A DNA stretch of 64,000 nucleotides. It comes from an uncultured delta proteobacterium. Its GTDB lineage: Bacteria > Desulfobacterota > Desulfobacteria > Desulfobacterales > Desulfosalsimonadaceae. Below the pieces are notes generated by a model that ran no database searches, was not told the DNA's origin, and saw only the letters and a program-made list of their open reading frames with translations. Below, one piece after another: positions 51,051 through 63,763 of the stretch (position 1 is the stretch's first letter; each line of letters opens with the position of its first letter). The stretch is from NCBI GenBank assembly GCA_963826785.1, contig CAWGYD010000003.1:96001-160000 (forward strand). Reading direction: 5' to 3'. The position numbers and the translations under genes were made by a program.

Positions 51051-52541
51051 TTAACGGGCGCAGTTTAAGGTCATCTCCCGCAGCCGCCGGGCCAGGACGG
51101 AGGTCAGCACGCCCTCTTCCATGCGCCATTCCCAGTTGCCGCTGCTTTCTGCCGGGCGGTTCATGCGGGCCTCCTTTCCCAGCCCCAGCAGGTCCTGCAT
51201 GGGAACCACGGCCGTGTCCGCCACCGACATCCAGGCCATCCGGATCATCTCCCAGTGCAGCCGCCCGGGAGAAACGTTTCGGCCCAAATAGCCATGCAGG
51301 TGTCTGCGCACCATCGGCCCGGCTTCGGACTCATACCAGCCCCGGAGCGTATTGTTGTCGTGGGTGCCGGTGTAGGCCACGCAGTTTGGGACATGGAAGT
51401 GGGGCAGGTGGACACTGTGGGCAAAATCGTCCCCGAAGGCGAACTGGAGCACCCGCATTCCGGGCAGGTCGAAACGGCGGATGATTTCACGAACGTCTGC
51501 CGTAATGGTCCCCAGGTCCTCGGCGATCACCGGCAGGTTCCCGAACCGTTTCACCAGCCGGGAGAAGAAGTCCTCGCAGGGGGCGGGCACCCATTTTCCG
51601 TTCACCGCCGTTTTCGCCCCGGCGGGCACTTCCCAGAAAGCCACCAGCCCCCTGAAATGGTCGATCCGGACGGCATCAAAGAGCGCAAAATTGTGTTCAA
51701 ACCGCCTGATCCACCAGTCATAGCCGTTTTGCCGCAGCATTTCCCAGTCATACACCGGGTGTCCCCATAATTGCCCGGTTTTGCTGAAATAATCCGGGGG
51801 CACCCCGGAAACCGCCAGCGGCCGTCGATTCCGGTCCAGCTTGTACTGTTCCGGGCGGACCCAGACATCGGCGCTGTCAAAGGGGAGGTAAATGGGCAGA
51901 TCCCCGATGATCCGGATGCTTTTTTCATTGCAGTAGTTCTTGAGCTCCCGCCACTGGCTGAAAAACAGGTACTGGAAAAATTTATGCATTGAAATGGCAT
52001 CGAAAAACCGCTCCCCTGCCCTGGCAATCGTTTCAGGGTCCCGCTCCCGAAAAGACTTCGGCCAACGATGCCACGGTTTCTTGTAGTGCGCCCGCAGCGC
52101 GGCATAGAGGGCATAATCATCCAACCAGGCTTGATGAGTGGCGCAGAATCGTTTAAAATCGTCCACTTCGCCTGCTGCCGTAAAGTTAATGTAGGCCTTC
52201 TCCAGAAGCGGATATTTTAACACCGCCACTGCCGGAAAATCCACCCGGCGGGACTGTTTCTGACGATAGTCGGAAAGGTCCGATAAGTTGATCCATTCCC
52301 TCTCCACCAGCAGTTCCGGGCTGATGAGCAGGGGATTTCCCGCAAAGGCCGAACTGCCATGATAAGGGGAATTGCCGGTTTCCGTATCCGTGGGGGTCAG
52401 GGGCAATATCTGCCAGATCCCCTGGCCGGCATCGGCAAGAAAGTCGGCGAACATAAAGGCGGCCGGGCCCAGATCCCCGATGCCGTAATCATTGGCCAGG
52501 CTGGTGGGGTGCAGCAGAATGCCGGCGGATCGCACGGTCAT
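51051..52541 (-). CDS. malQ: 4-alpha-glucanotransferase (GH77)
   Basis: RSAGILLHPTSL, GVPPDYFSKTGQLWG, RIDHFRG, AEDLG, YTGTHDN; ATG at 52541 after AAGGAG. Confidence 0.95.
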   Translation of the reverse strand: MTVRSAGILLHPTSLANDYGIGDLGPAAFMFADFLADAGQGIWQILPLTPTDTETGNSPYHGSSAFAGNPLLISPELLVEREWINLSDLSDYRQKQSRRVDFPAVAVLKYPLLEKAYINFTAAGEVDDFKRFCATHQAWLDDYALYAALRAHYKKPWHRWPKSFRERDPETIARAGERFFDAISMHKFFQYLFFSQWRELKNYCNEKSIRIIGDLPIYLPFDSADVWVRPEQYKLDRNRRPLAVSGVPPDYFSKTGQLWGHPVYDWEMLRQNGYDWWIRRFEHNFALFDAVRIDHFRGLVAFWEVPAGAKTAVNGKWVPAPCEDFFSRLVKRFGNLPVIAEDLGTITADVREIIRRFDLPGMRVLQFAFGDDFAHSVHLPHFHVPNCVAYTGTHDNNTLRGWYESEAGPMVRRHLHGYLGRNVSPGRLHWEMIRMAWMSVADTAVVPMQDLLGLGKEARMNRPAESSGNWEWRMEEGVLTSVLARRLREMTLNCAR

Positions 52542-55337
52542 AGTCGCCGTTCTCCTTTCAGCAGGGCCGCCGGAAACCGTGAAAAAGCCTCTCCAACAAA
52601 GAGCTGGTCCGTGGCCACATAGATGTCCCCGGTAATGACATTTTCCCATCGGGCCGGCGCCCCCGGGGGAGCTGGATAGCCGTGTCTTTCCATATGCCGG
52701 CGCCCAGCGGCGGTTCTTCCGCATCGACGATCCCGGTGAGAAAACGGGGGACCAGGGTGATGCACCACTGGTTCTTGAACTTCCGGGCATAGGCGATCAC
52801 GCGGTCATGATGAATGCCCTGGGGAAACAGCGGAATATAATGCCCTTCCCGGTACAGCCGGGTTCGGCTTTTACGATCGGCCAGGGCGGCGATGATCAAA
52901 AACTGTTTGAGACGGCCGTCAAACGGAGACATGAGCATGCGATGGATCAGTGCGGGAAGATCCCCCCCATGCCTTCCCGGATCTGGCGCCTCTGCCGCTG
53001 CAGTGCAGGGTAATCCACCGGCCTCCGGTTGTCGGGGTCCACCAGGGTCAGGTCAAAGCCTTCGGTTCCCCGGTAAAAATCGGGCACTCCGGGAGCGGTG
53101 ATCTTGATCAGGCACTGGGAGAGGGAATTGAATACGCCATACCAGCCCACCTTCCGGCAGAAGGGCAAAAAAAGCTCCAGAAACCGATTTTCGAATGAAG
53201 GCGGAGATCAGCCTGCGGACAAATTCGGTGATGCCGGCCTCGTAATCCGCATCCGGCGCCAGCCATGAAGAGTGGGCTTTGGCCTCCCGGACGGCCTTGA
53301 CCATATAGTTTTCGATCCGCGGGCCGATATTTGGTTTCTCATGTTCACCCACCGGCCACGCGCCGATCAGGGTTTGATAGAGAAAATACTCCACGTTGGC
53401 TTCCGGAACGGTCACCCCGTTGATCTGCTTTTTCAGATCCCGATTGATGGTATGCCAGGCCTCCAGCTGCTTTTCCCATTCCATGGGGATTTCGGAAAGG
53501 ACATTGATCCGTGCCCGCACATCCTCCCCTCTTTTGGAATCATGCGTGGCCGTGCTGTTCATGGCGTGCGGCCACGCCTCCGCCCGCTGCTGGATATAGG
53601 CATGAAAATCGTCTGTTCGGCAGCCGAACCTGCCGGGGTCCCCGCCGACTTCATTTAACGAGATCAATCGATGGTAAAGATACAAGGCCGTGTCCTCGAA
53701 TCCCTTGGCGGCCAGGGGGGCGGTCAGCTGCTGGAATCCGGTTATAACAGAGCGGCGCTGGCCATCGGGCTCGACATTGTCTTCCGACGTTTCGGTATCC
53801 AGCCTGCCCAGCAGGACGCGCTCCAGAAACATCAGCTCATGCCGCAGCTCCGGCCGGTGAAGGACCGCCCGCGACAGAGCGGACTGCAGGACCATTTGGT
53901 CCGGTTCTAAAACAACATCCCCGGCCGCGTAGGTCCGATATACATGAAACCGGGAAATCGCTTCGGCAAGCGCCTGTTTCAGGCGCGGGGAAGTGCAGTC
54001 CATACCATAGCGGTCTTCGGGGGAGATGGATTTCAGCTTTCGGTTCAGGTTGTCCAGATCGCCCTCGAACTGGGTCAGGAGCACTTTCTTCCGGGACGCA
54101 TACACCATCTGGGAAAAGGAGTCTGTCATCTTGCTGAAACGCACATACAAGCGGGTGAGCAGGTCTTCGTTTTCGGAATTGACGAACAGGGCGTTTACCC
54201 AGCTGCCGAATTCATATCCCGTGGTCCCCTGGACCGGCCAGTCCTCGGGCAGCTTTTCCTGTGTCCCAGGATCTTTTCCACCAGCACATAAATATCACCC
54301 ATGCGCCCGCGCAGCCGGTTCAGATATTCCAGCGGATCGGCCATGCCGTCTATGTGATCGACCCGGATGCCGGAAACGACTTTTTCCTTTACCAGCCGTT
54401 CGAGCAGGCCGTGGGTATGATCGAAAACCGCCTGGGATTCCTGGCGCAGACAGATCAGTTCATTGATATCGAAAAACCGGCGATAATTGATTTCCTCGGT
54501 GGCGGCCTTCCAGTAGCACAGCGCGAACATCTGCGCCTTGAGCAGCCGGTCCAGCAGCTTAAATCCGTCCTGGCCGCTGTTGTACCGCAAGAGGGTCTCG
54601 TCGATGCAGCGACGGATCAGCGGGTTGCTGTCATAGAGGTCAGACAGGTTCCGTTTCACCTGGACAAATGCATCCTGGCGATCATTGAGCTTGTCGGGCA
54701 GGGACAACCCTTCGAGATCTTCCAGTATTTCATTGTAGAGGATATAGTCCGGATGGTCGTCCTTCAGCTCCGAGCGGATCTTTTCGATGTGAAAAGTGAG
54801 CAGCTGCAGGTAAGACTCCATACGCAGCGGAAATTTCAGGTCGAAATAACTGACCGTGAACCCTTCGGCGCCGTAATTGAGGCGAATCTCCCCGTCTTCC
54901 AGGCACAGTGCATAATGGCGGCCCAGAAAAGGGGCCATGAGCCTGCCGCGGATGTTGCCGCAGGGATGGTCCCAGTCGATGTCGAACCAGTGGTAATAAG
55001 GTGATCGCGGACCGTACTCGAGCACATCCATCAGCGTCCGGTTGCGATAATCAAAGGCCATGTGATTGGGCACGATGTCCTGAAGCCATCCCACTTCCCG
55101 GGTCCGCAGCTTTGCGGTAAGCGCCTGGAATCCGGCCATCCCCCCCAGTTCCGGATTGACTGCCGACGGATCGATGGTGTCATATCCGTGCAGACTCCCC
55201 TGCCGCGCCTCAAAAACAGGAGACGCATAGATATGGGAAATGCCCATATCGGACAGATAGTCGATCATGTCGGCTGCATCGGCAAAACCGAATCCGGCAT
55301 GAAACTGCAGACGGTAGGTGGCTATGGGAATTTGCAT
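52538..55337 (-). CDS. treY: Malto-oligosyltrehalose synthase, at least 4 frameshifts
   Basis: [68 protein letters not shown] spread over five consecutive ORF fragments. Confidence 0.85.
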
Positions 55338-55441
55338 GATGAAAAATCCGCCAGCGTTATTTTCCGCGCTTCACCTGCTCTAATGTTTAGCACAGCTGAA
55401 GTTAAGGAGGATGAGCAGGAAAATGTTTCAAATAGTAGACA

Positions 55442-57866
55442 TCAAATTCTTATCAACAATTTTTCCCCTAAATCGTCGAACAGCTCCAGCCACTCGCCGG
55501 CCCGGCTGTCCCCCAGTTCCGCCCTTCGCCGATATTCCGGGTACATTTTCCGGCCCATATCGTAATACAGGTTCTGAATCTTACGCAGGCTGGTGTCAAA
55601 GGGGAGCGCATAGACCAGATCGATTCCGGAATTGAGTTCATTGAGCAGATCCGTGTGCCGGGGGGACTGGACAAACCACTTCCCGATCCGCTCGAGTTTG
55701 CTCCTCAGCGTGTATTCGAGGGTGTCCGCATCCAATTCGACCCCCGACAGATCGGCCTCCCTCATGAGCCCGTAAATGCCGTCATAATCCGACTGATCCC
55801 GTTCCAGTTCACGGCGCAGGTCCGTATTGACCACCAGGGCGCCGGCAGACTTCAGCGCCGAGGGGATCGGGCTGGCCGAATTTTTTAAAAACCGCATCAG
55901 GGGGACATTGTACTCGTACAGATGGCGGTAGACCGAGATGGCATCATCAATGGTCGATTCCAGTATGAAATTGACGATTTCCCGCTGCCGGTCCCGAAAA
56001 AGGGATATGAGCGAATATTTCGATGTGAAGAATTCATCGATTTCCCGGAGGATTTCCGGAAATTCCGCCCGGTCGAAGCTTTCGGTCAGGTTTCTTTTCA
56101 TCTCTTCATACGCTTGTGGATCGGTGCCCTGACGGATGCCGCAGGAAACATTGTGATCACCCATGTACAGGACACCGAAAATAAAATCCTCGGATTCCCG
56201 GGTGATTTCGGAAGTGATCCGGGCCTGTCCCACCGCCAGGCGGGCTTTGCCCGCTTCGGTTTTTTCATATTCCGGCCGCAGGGCCGAATAGCAGTAGATG
56301 GAAGCGACATCATCATAATCGGCAAAAAGTGAGCTGATGGCATAATGGGCGGCCACTTTCTCCGTGTCCACCATGGCCGGCTTCACGAACTTTTCATAGA
56401 TGTGCCGGCCGTCCCGGTGCTCGGAAATGTTGCTTTTCGCCCCGGCCATCTGATCTAAAAACTGCGGTTCGATCCCGTTTTCAAAAATTCTGTCCGCCAG
56501 CTGAATCGCCCGGCCCGCATACTGGATGGTCTGAACGGTTTCGATGCCGGAAATTTCATCGAAAAACCAGCCGCAGCTGGTGTACATCAGCATGGCATGT
56601 CGCTGCATTTCCAGCAATTTGAGCACCTGGACCCGGTCCCCTTCTTCCATGGGGCGGACCGCATGGGCTTCCAAAAACCGCTCGATCTGATCGGCACTCC
56701 GGTCCAGGATGATATCGATATACGCATCCCGGGCCTGCCATGGATCTTTCAGGTACTGTGCGGCGCGCTTCTCATAGGCGGGGGCCAGTTCATCCCGGAC
56801 CGCATCGAAGGCATTTCGCAAAGGCGCGCGCCAGGCCTGGTTCCAGCCCGGGTGGAGCCCGGAGTTGCAGCCGCAGTCGCTGCGCCATCGCTCGATGCCG
56901 TGGCTGCAGCTCCAGGAGGTGTTTTCCTGAATGCGGACTTCATGGGCGGGGGGAAACTTTTCCAGATGCTCCCCGTAATTGGTCAACCGGGCAAAACCGT
57001 TTTTCTCGATGTAATCGAGTGCATACGCCAGCGCCATGTCCCCGTAGCGCTGATGATGGCCGTACGTTTCGCCGTCCGTGGCCACGTGGACCAACTGGTG
57101 GCGATCGCGGCTGCTGTCAAACCCCGTGAACAGGCGTTTTGCAAATCCTTCGCCGTTTTTCAGCAGGTTTTCAAAGGCAATCGCCCGTGAAATCGGCCCG
57201 TCATAGAAGAACACCACGATCTCCTGTCCGTTTTGCAGGCGCTGAAGGTAGGGAATGGTGGGATCGATATTTCCGGTGCTCACGTCATGCCAGTCCTTCT
57301 CTTCGAGCGACCGCACACGGCTGGCCTGATAGGGACTCAGGACGGTGAACTGAATGCCGCATTCGGCAAGCACCTCCAGCGTTTCGATGTCCACGGCGGC
57401 TTCGGGCAGCCACATCCCCTCCGGGAACCGGCCGAACCGGTGCTCGAAATCGGAAATTCCCCACAGGACCTGGGTCTTTTTGTCCCGGCGGTTGGCCAGG
57501 GGAAGGATCATGTGGTTGTATGCCTGGGCAATGGCGGACCCGTGCCCGGAAAACCGTTTCCGGCTTTCCTTGTCCGCCTGCACCACGGCATCATAGACCT
57601 CCCGGTCGTGGAGCTGCCATCCAGGCCAGCAGGGTGGGGCCGAAATTGAAGCTGATCTTCGCATAATTATTGACGATATGGGTAATCCACCCGTCAACGT
57701 CCATGATGCGGGAGCGCGCATTGGCTTCATAGCATTCCGCGCTGATCCGGGCATTCCAGTCATGATAGGGATAAGCCGAGTCCTGAATTTCGATGGCCTC
57801 CAGCCAGGCATTTTCTCGCGGCGGCTGGTAGAAATGGCCGTGAATGCAGATATATCGTTCAGACAT
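55442..57866 (-). CDS. GH57-type glycoside hydrolase (DUF3536-like), one frameshift near 57615
   Basis: ICIHGHFYQPPREN, SFNFGPTL, GMWLPEAAVD, ATDGETYGHH, MYTSCGWFFD. Confidence 0.85.
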
Positions 57867-59759
57867 GTCTTTGCCTCTGAATCCTTTCAAATAACGTCAG
57901 CGCGTGCGGAGAAAGATCGAATGCCGCGCTTCCGGCCGATTCGATCACGGGAGGAACCAGCTTCCCGGCCCGCGCCAGGCCTGATCCGCCGAGTCGAGCC
58001 GTTTCTCCCATTGGCCCGCGGGCAGGGGAACAGATTGGGCGGCGTTGGCTTCGCCGAAGTAAAACACCAGAAAAATCGAGCTGTCCTGATGCCACCGCGC
58101 CATCCACAGGAGCATGCGTTCAGCGTCGTGCCCCACCTGCATTTGTTTTTTGCTTAAGTGAGACAATGCCGGGATCTGATTCCGCAGCCGGATCAGCTCC
58201 CGGTAATAAGGAAAGCAGGGTCTGGTGCGGTTCTTTCTTTTTGAGTGCGTGGTCCAGCCTGGACCGTAAAAAAGTCTGTTCATCCTGGGGTTCGGGAATT
58301 TCCTGCTGCCACCCGAAGGCGGCAAATTCGGCTTTCCGGCCCTCGGCCACCGCCCGGATCAGGTCCGGGTCCGAATGGCTGACGAAATACTGAAAAGGCG
58401 CGGTTTCGCCGTACTCCTCGCCCATGAACAGCAAGGGGATAAACGGGGAGAGCAGCACGGCTCCGGCGGCGAGTTTGAGCTTTTCCAGGCCGACCAGACC
58501 GCTTAAGCGGTCGCCTTCCATGCGGTTGCCCACCTGGTCATGGTTCTGGGAAAAGACGGTAAAATTACCGGGCCGGCATGTTCCGGGAGGAATTGCCGTG
58601 CCGGCGTCCCCGGTAGGCGCTGAAGCCTCCGTCATACACGTAGCCTTCCTTAAACGCCTTGGACAGGTGGGCCAATTTGCCGAAATCCGTATAGTAGCCG
58701 TCTTTTTCACCGGTGAGCAAAGCATGAAGGCTGTGATGGAAGTCATCGTTCCACTGGGCGTCCAGGCCGAAGCCGCCCAGTTCCCGGGATCGGATCACCC
58801 GGGTATCGTTTAGCGCGCTTTCGGCGATCAGGTGGATGCGGCGGTTTTCCTGCCGCTCAACCTCATGGACCGCCCGGCCGAGTTCTTCTAAAAAGGGGCG
58901 GGCTGAAAAATCGAGAATGGAGTGCACCGCATCCAGGCGCAGGGCGTCGACGCGGCATTCCTGACACCCAGTAGAGGGCGTTTTGGATGAAAAACCGGCG
59001 GACATCATCGGAGCCCGGGCCGTCAAAATTGATCGCCGCCCCCCAGGGGGTATGATAAAAATCGGTGAAATAGGGCCCAAAATCCCGCAGGTAATTGCCC
59101 TCCGGGCCCAGGTGATTGTAGACCACGTCCAGGATCAGGGCCAGCCCCCGGTCATGGCAGGCACTGACCAGGCGCCGCAAGCCTGAAGGGCCCCCGTAGG
59201 AGTTCTGGACCGCAAAGGGGAACACGCCGTCATACCCCCAGTTCCGGCTGCCCGGAAACTGGGCCACGGGCATGATTTCGACTGCCGTGATGCCGGTTTC
59301 CTTCAGGTCATCCAGGTGACCGATGACGGCATCGAAGGTCCCTTCAGGCGTGAAGGTCCCCACATGAAGTTCATAGATGATATGCCGGTCCAGCGGCAGG
59401 CCGCACCAGGCACCGTCCTGCCGTTCTAAAACCCGCGCCACCACCTGGGAGGGGCCGTGAACCCCTTCCGGCTGAAATCGCGATGCCGGGTCGGGCCGCT
59501 CCACGGGACCGCCTGCGTCGGGGTCGATCGGAAACAGCCGGTAGAAATACCGGCTGCCCGGCTCGACCCCGTCGATGATGTCATGAAAATATCCGCCGCC
59601 GATACCTTTAAGACTGATGCCATGCTCCCGGGGGGCGACGATGTGGACCTCCACCGCCCGGGCCAGCGGCGCCCACACCCGAAACCGGCAGCGCCCTTCT
59701 TCCATGTAGGTGGCCCCTAAGGGCACTTCGGTCATCATGTCCGGTGTCCGCGTTGTCAC
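57859..59759 (-). CDS. treZ: Malto-oligosyltrehalose trehalohydrolase, about 4 frameshifts
   Basis: [60 protein letters not shown] across five fragments. Confidence 0.85.
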
Positions 59760-59863
59760 GACCCGCTGTCGGCGGTTTGCCGCCAGCTCCGTGAAATGAT
59801 GGTTTTAAGCATAAAAGCCGTTTTTGCCGCCCAGGAAAAGAGGACCGATAATCGATTCATCAA

Positions 59864-61102
59864 TCACAATTCTATTCTTTCATGGCTTCCGCGCACCAGG
59901 GCCACCATCAGGGTCAGGTATTCCCGGAGATGGCGGGTCAGCAGGTAATTTTCCAGGACGAAATTCCTGGCGTTTTCTCCGATTTCCCTCGCCCGATCGC
60001 GGTTTTTCAGCAAATACCGGATGCGCAGCGCGGCGCCTTCCGGGGTGTTGACCAGAAAACCGGTCTGATGGTTCACCACCTGGAGCCGGATGCCGCCGGC
60101 ATCACCGCCGATCACCGGTTTTCCCTTCCACAGCCCTTCCGTCACCGTCAGTCCGAATCCTTCCTTAAGCGATTTCTGTACGATGATATCACTCATCCGC
60201 TGGATGGCATTGATCTGGCGGTGGGCATCCGGCGGCAGCAGCAGGACATGGATGTCCGGGTCATCCTTGGCCGCGGCATTGACTTTCTGCAGGACCTCTT
60301 CGCCTTCCGGGTCATCGGTGGCCGTCCCGCCTGCCAGCACCAGCTGCACGGGCGGGCCGAATGATTTGGCCATCCGGTAAGCCTGGATAACGCCGATGGG
60401 GTCCTTGAACCGGTCGAAGCGGGAAATCTGGGAGATCACCGGGCGCTTCAAATCGATATGGTAATTGCCGGCCACGGCCTGGATTTCCGAATCCTCCAAT
60501 CCGATGTTCTTGTCGCTCAAGGGGTCGATGCTGGGCGGGATGATGAACATGGGATGGGTCATGGGCTGGGCAAAGGTCGCCAGGGAATAGATGCTGGCTT
60601 CATATTCCATGACGAACTGCCGCAGGTAACGCCATACCGGTCGGTAGGGGCGGCTGGCGTCGATATGGCAGCGCCAGATCCACTTCCCCTTGCGTCCGGG
60701 GCAGTTCTGGAGCAGCGGGGCCGGCTGGGGATCGTGGATAAACACCAGGTCCGCAGATTCGAGACTTTCCCTTAATTTTTCGGCGTTGGCGGTGTTGATG
60801 GCCTCAAAATGCTTCAGCAGATTGGGAGAAATCACATCCCGGTCGCCCTGCAGGGTATTGTGCATCTTCTTGGTGCACTGGTAGAACTGGGCATCACCGG
60901 TGATCACTTCCCAGACGGCATCCAGGCCGAGTTCCTGCTTCAGGGGGATCAACCGGTGCAGGATTTCCGCCACGCCGCCCCCTTCCCGGGTGGAGTTGAC
61001 ATGCACCACCCGAAGCCCTTTCAGCGGCGCGGCCAGTTGATGCAAATGATCAATTACCGTTTCACCAACGATTTCGGCATATTGATTCAGCATATTCGTC
61101 AT
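59864..61102 (-). CDS. treT: Trehalose synthase TreT-like GT4 glycosyltransferase
   Basis: HVNSTREGGGVAEIL, IHDPQP, WRCHID, SRFDRFKD, QKSLKEGFGLTVTE. Confidence 0.88.
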   Translation of the reverse strand: MTNMLNQYAEIVGETVIDHLHQLAAPLKGLRVVHVNSTREGGGVAEILHRLIPLKQELGLDAVWEVITGDAQFYQCTKKMHNTLQGDRDVISPNLLKHFEAINTANAEKLRESLESADLVFIHDPQPAPLLQNCPGRKGKWIWRCHIDASRPYRPVWRYLRQFVMEYEASIYSLATFAQPMTHPMFIIPPSIDPLSDKNIGLEDSEIQAVAGNYHIDLKRPVISQISRFDRFKDPIGVIQAYRMAKSFGPPVQLVLAGGTATDDPEGEEVLQKVNAAAKDDPDIHVLLLPPDAHRQINAIQRMSDIIVQKSLKEGFGLTVTEGLWKGKPVIGGDAGGIRLQVVNHQTGFLVNTPEGAALRIRYLLKNRDRAREIGENARNFVLENYLLTRHLREYLTLMVALVRGSHERIEL

Positions 61103-61764
61103 GATCGATCCTGACTGATATAATAGTTGAGAATGGCGGACAGCCTCTCCCGCAGCTCGATCAGGCTGTCAAAATATGGGTCGATGGCAGCAATCCGTTC
61201 CCCGATCTCGATATAGGGCGGGCCGAATGCCTTGATCCATTCCGAAAAATCATCCTTGCGGGACCCGGTGCGCCGCCGGGCGTCGATGAAATGATAAAAA
61301 AGACTTCCTAAAGACATCTCCGGGATTTTCGCGGCCAGCGACTCCGGGGTATCCACCCGCATATTGGTGTCGAAGACCACGATCAGCGAGCGCATGAAAA
61401 AAAACGGGTGTTCCGCTTCCGCCCGCTGGGCGCCGTCCTCCTCATCCATGCGCTCCTCGATCACCTCGATGATCTCCTGTTTCAGTTCATCGAGTGAATC
61501 AAACTGCGCCGGGTTGATGACGGACAGCCGTTCGGCCAGCCGGCGGTCATGCAGGTCATGATAGGCCCAGCTGGCGAAATTGTTCTGGTATTCCTGATCC
61601 ACGAAATGCGGACGCAGCAGCCCCCCCCAGAAATGATAATAAATCACCCCCATGTCTTCTATGCGCGTGAGACGGTCCCTCAATTCCCTCAAGTTCTGGG
61701 CCTTTTCCCCGGTGGCCAGCGCAATCAGCGCACAGTCGGTGATTGCAAAGGAGTCAACCATCAA
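61099..61764 (-). CDS. DUF5752-like protein associated with treT
   Basis: Two internal repeats (IYYHF...NNFASW; LFYHF...DDFSEW); overlaps the treT start. Confidence 0.7.
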   Translation of the reverse strand: MMVDSFAITDCALIALATGEKAQNLRELRDRLTRIEDMGVIYYHFWGGLLRPHFVDQEYQNNFASWAYHDLHDRRLAERLSVINPAQFDSLDELKQEIIEVIEERMDEEDGAQRAEAEHPFFFMRSLIVVFDTNMRVDTPESLAAKIPEMSLGSLFYHFIDARRRTGSRKDDFSEWIKAFGPPYIEIGERIAAIDPYFDSLIELRERLSAILNYYISQDRS

Positions 61765-62083
61765 TTTTCCCCGTCCGATTTTGACCGTTCATGCACGGCC
61801 TTGGTTGTTGCCAGCGGCTGGTATCAGCCGTTCATACCCGCCTGCGCAAATACCGCGTTTGCGAAATCGCTTTTTCCACGGGCGTGAATACATATTTCTT
61901 AGACCGTATATGAACCCTATTTTTTGTAAAATAGGGGATAGCATGTATTTTCAAACTTTCTGTTTTGTATCATCTATAAAGTATCACGGTATGATCACTC
62001 AATTTCGGCGTGTCAAAGATGCCGGGCCGGCGGGAAAAACGACGGCATTTGAATGAAAGAAAAAATCCGAACCGGGGGAATTC

Positions 62084-63655
62084 ATGAAGATATTGTTTAT
62101 TGCAGCGGAAAACGGGGCACTCAGGGGCGGCAAAGTGGGCGGCATCGGCGATGTCATCGGACAGCTTCCCGAGGCGCTGGCCCGGCAGGGCTGTTCGGTG
62201 TCCGTGCTGACTCCGTCCCACGGTTTTCTGCATCTTGCGCCGGGGGCCGTCAAAGCGCACACTTATAACTTCTTCTTCCGGGGATACACCCATACGGTAG
62301 AGCTGTATTCGGTATCCTCCGAACGGTCGAACCCGGATGTGCATCACTGGGTGATCCATCACCCCGCCCTGGACGCATACGATCATTTTCTGGGTCGGCA
62401 CCGGATTTATACCCATGATCCGCCGGACCGGCCTTTTTTCACCGATGGCTCCCGGTTCGCCTTTTTCGCCGGGGCATCCGCGGCGGCCGCAGCCTGGGGA
62501 ATGATCGGCGATTTCGACTGCATCCATCTCCACGACTGGCACGCCGCGCTGGTGGCCCTGCTGCGCAAAAGCCACCCGGACTTCCGGAGGCTGAGAAGCA
62601 TCCGCACGGTATACACCATCCATAATCTCGCCCTCCAGGGGGTCCGGCCCCTGCGGGGAAACGAATCCGCGCTTGAATCGTGGTTTCCCGAGCTGGGCTA
62701 CGATTGGCAGGACGTGCACGATCCCCGCTGGTGGGGCAGCTTCAACGCCATGGCCATCGGTATCCGCCTGGTCGACAAGGTCCACACGGTCTCACCCACC
62801 TATGCCAAAGAAATCCAGGAACCCAGCATGCCGCCCTTCTATTACGGCGGCGAAGGTCTGGACGGCGACCTCCTCCGGGCATATCATGAAGGCCGGCTCA
62901 CCGGTATTTTAAACGGATGCGAATACCCCGAAGACATCGGCTCCAAACATTACGATTTTGGTGAAATCATGGACCAGTGCCGTTCGGCCGCCATTTCATG
63001 GACCGGCACCCGGGATGTGGTCCCCACCGCCCAGTTCATCACCTTTGCCCGCAGCCTGGAACTGGCCCGCAAAAACAAACGCCCCAGGTCCCTGCTGACC
63101 ATGGTGACCCGGGTGACCGACCAGAAGATGCTGCTGCTCCGGCAGCCCGGATCAAACGGCGCGTCCGGGCTGGAATCTGTGCTTCGCATCCTGCCGGAGG
63201 ACAGCTGTTTTATCCTGCTGGGCAGCGGAGACTGGGGATATGAACAGTTCCTCACGCAGATGAGTTCTCGGTTTGCCAATTTCATCTTTGTTAACGGCTA
63301 TTCGGATATCTGCGCGGATATGCTCTATACAGCGGGCGACCTTTTCCTGATGCCCAGTTCGTTCGAACCCTGCGGACTGTCCCAGATGCTGGCCATGCGG
63401 GCCGGCCAGCCCTGCGTGGTGCACGCGGTGGGCGGGCTCAGGGACACGGTGCATGACGGCATCGACGGATTTTCTTTCACGGGCGATTCCCTGACCGCCC
63501 AGGTGGACGCTTTTGTCGACACGGTCAAACGTGCCCTGGACCTCAGGGAAAATGAACCGGAGCAGTGGAAAACCATCCGCTCCAATGCCGCAGCCGCCCG
63601 GTTCAGCTGGGAGGACACGGCCGTAAAGTATATCGAGCAGTTGTATGAGGCATGA
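62084..63655 (+). CDS. glgA: Glycogen synthase (GT5)
   Basis: KVGGIGDV, HLHDWH, YTIHNLALQG, MPSSFEPCGLSQM, VGGLRDTV. Confidence 0.9.
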   Translation: MKILFIAAENGALRGGKVGGIGDVIGQLPEALARQGCSVSVLTPSHGFLHLAPGAVKAHTYNFFFRGYTHTVELYSVSSERSNPDVHHWVIHHPALDAYDHFLGRHRIYTHDPPDRPFFTDGSRFAFFAGASAAAAAWGMIGDFDCIHLHDWHAALVALLRKSHPDFRRLRSIRTVYTIHNLALQGVRPLRGNESALESWFPELGYDWQDVHDPRWWGSFNAMAIGIRLVDKVHTVSPTYAKEIQEPSMPPFYYGGEGLDGDLLRAYHEGRLTGILNGCEYPEDIGSKHYDFGEIMDQCRSAAISWTGTRDVVPTAQFITFARSLELARKNKRPRSLLTMVTRVTDQKMLLLRQPGSNGASGLESVLRILPEDSCFILLGSGDWGYEQFLTQMSSRFANFIFVNGYSDICADMLYTAGDLFLMPSSFEPCGLSQMLAMRAGQPCVVHAVGGLRDTVHDGIDGFSFTGDSLTAQVDAFVDTVKRALDLRENEPEQWKTIRSNAAAARFSWEDTAVKYIEQLYEA

Positions 63656-63763
63656 CATTTGCCTCGCAGGGTGAAAAATTGTATCGAAAGCACAAAACTC
63701 ATCGGGCGCGTGCCCGAACACGAAACTGAGAATGCCATTCACAGACTGAAAAGGAGAACACAC

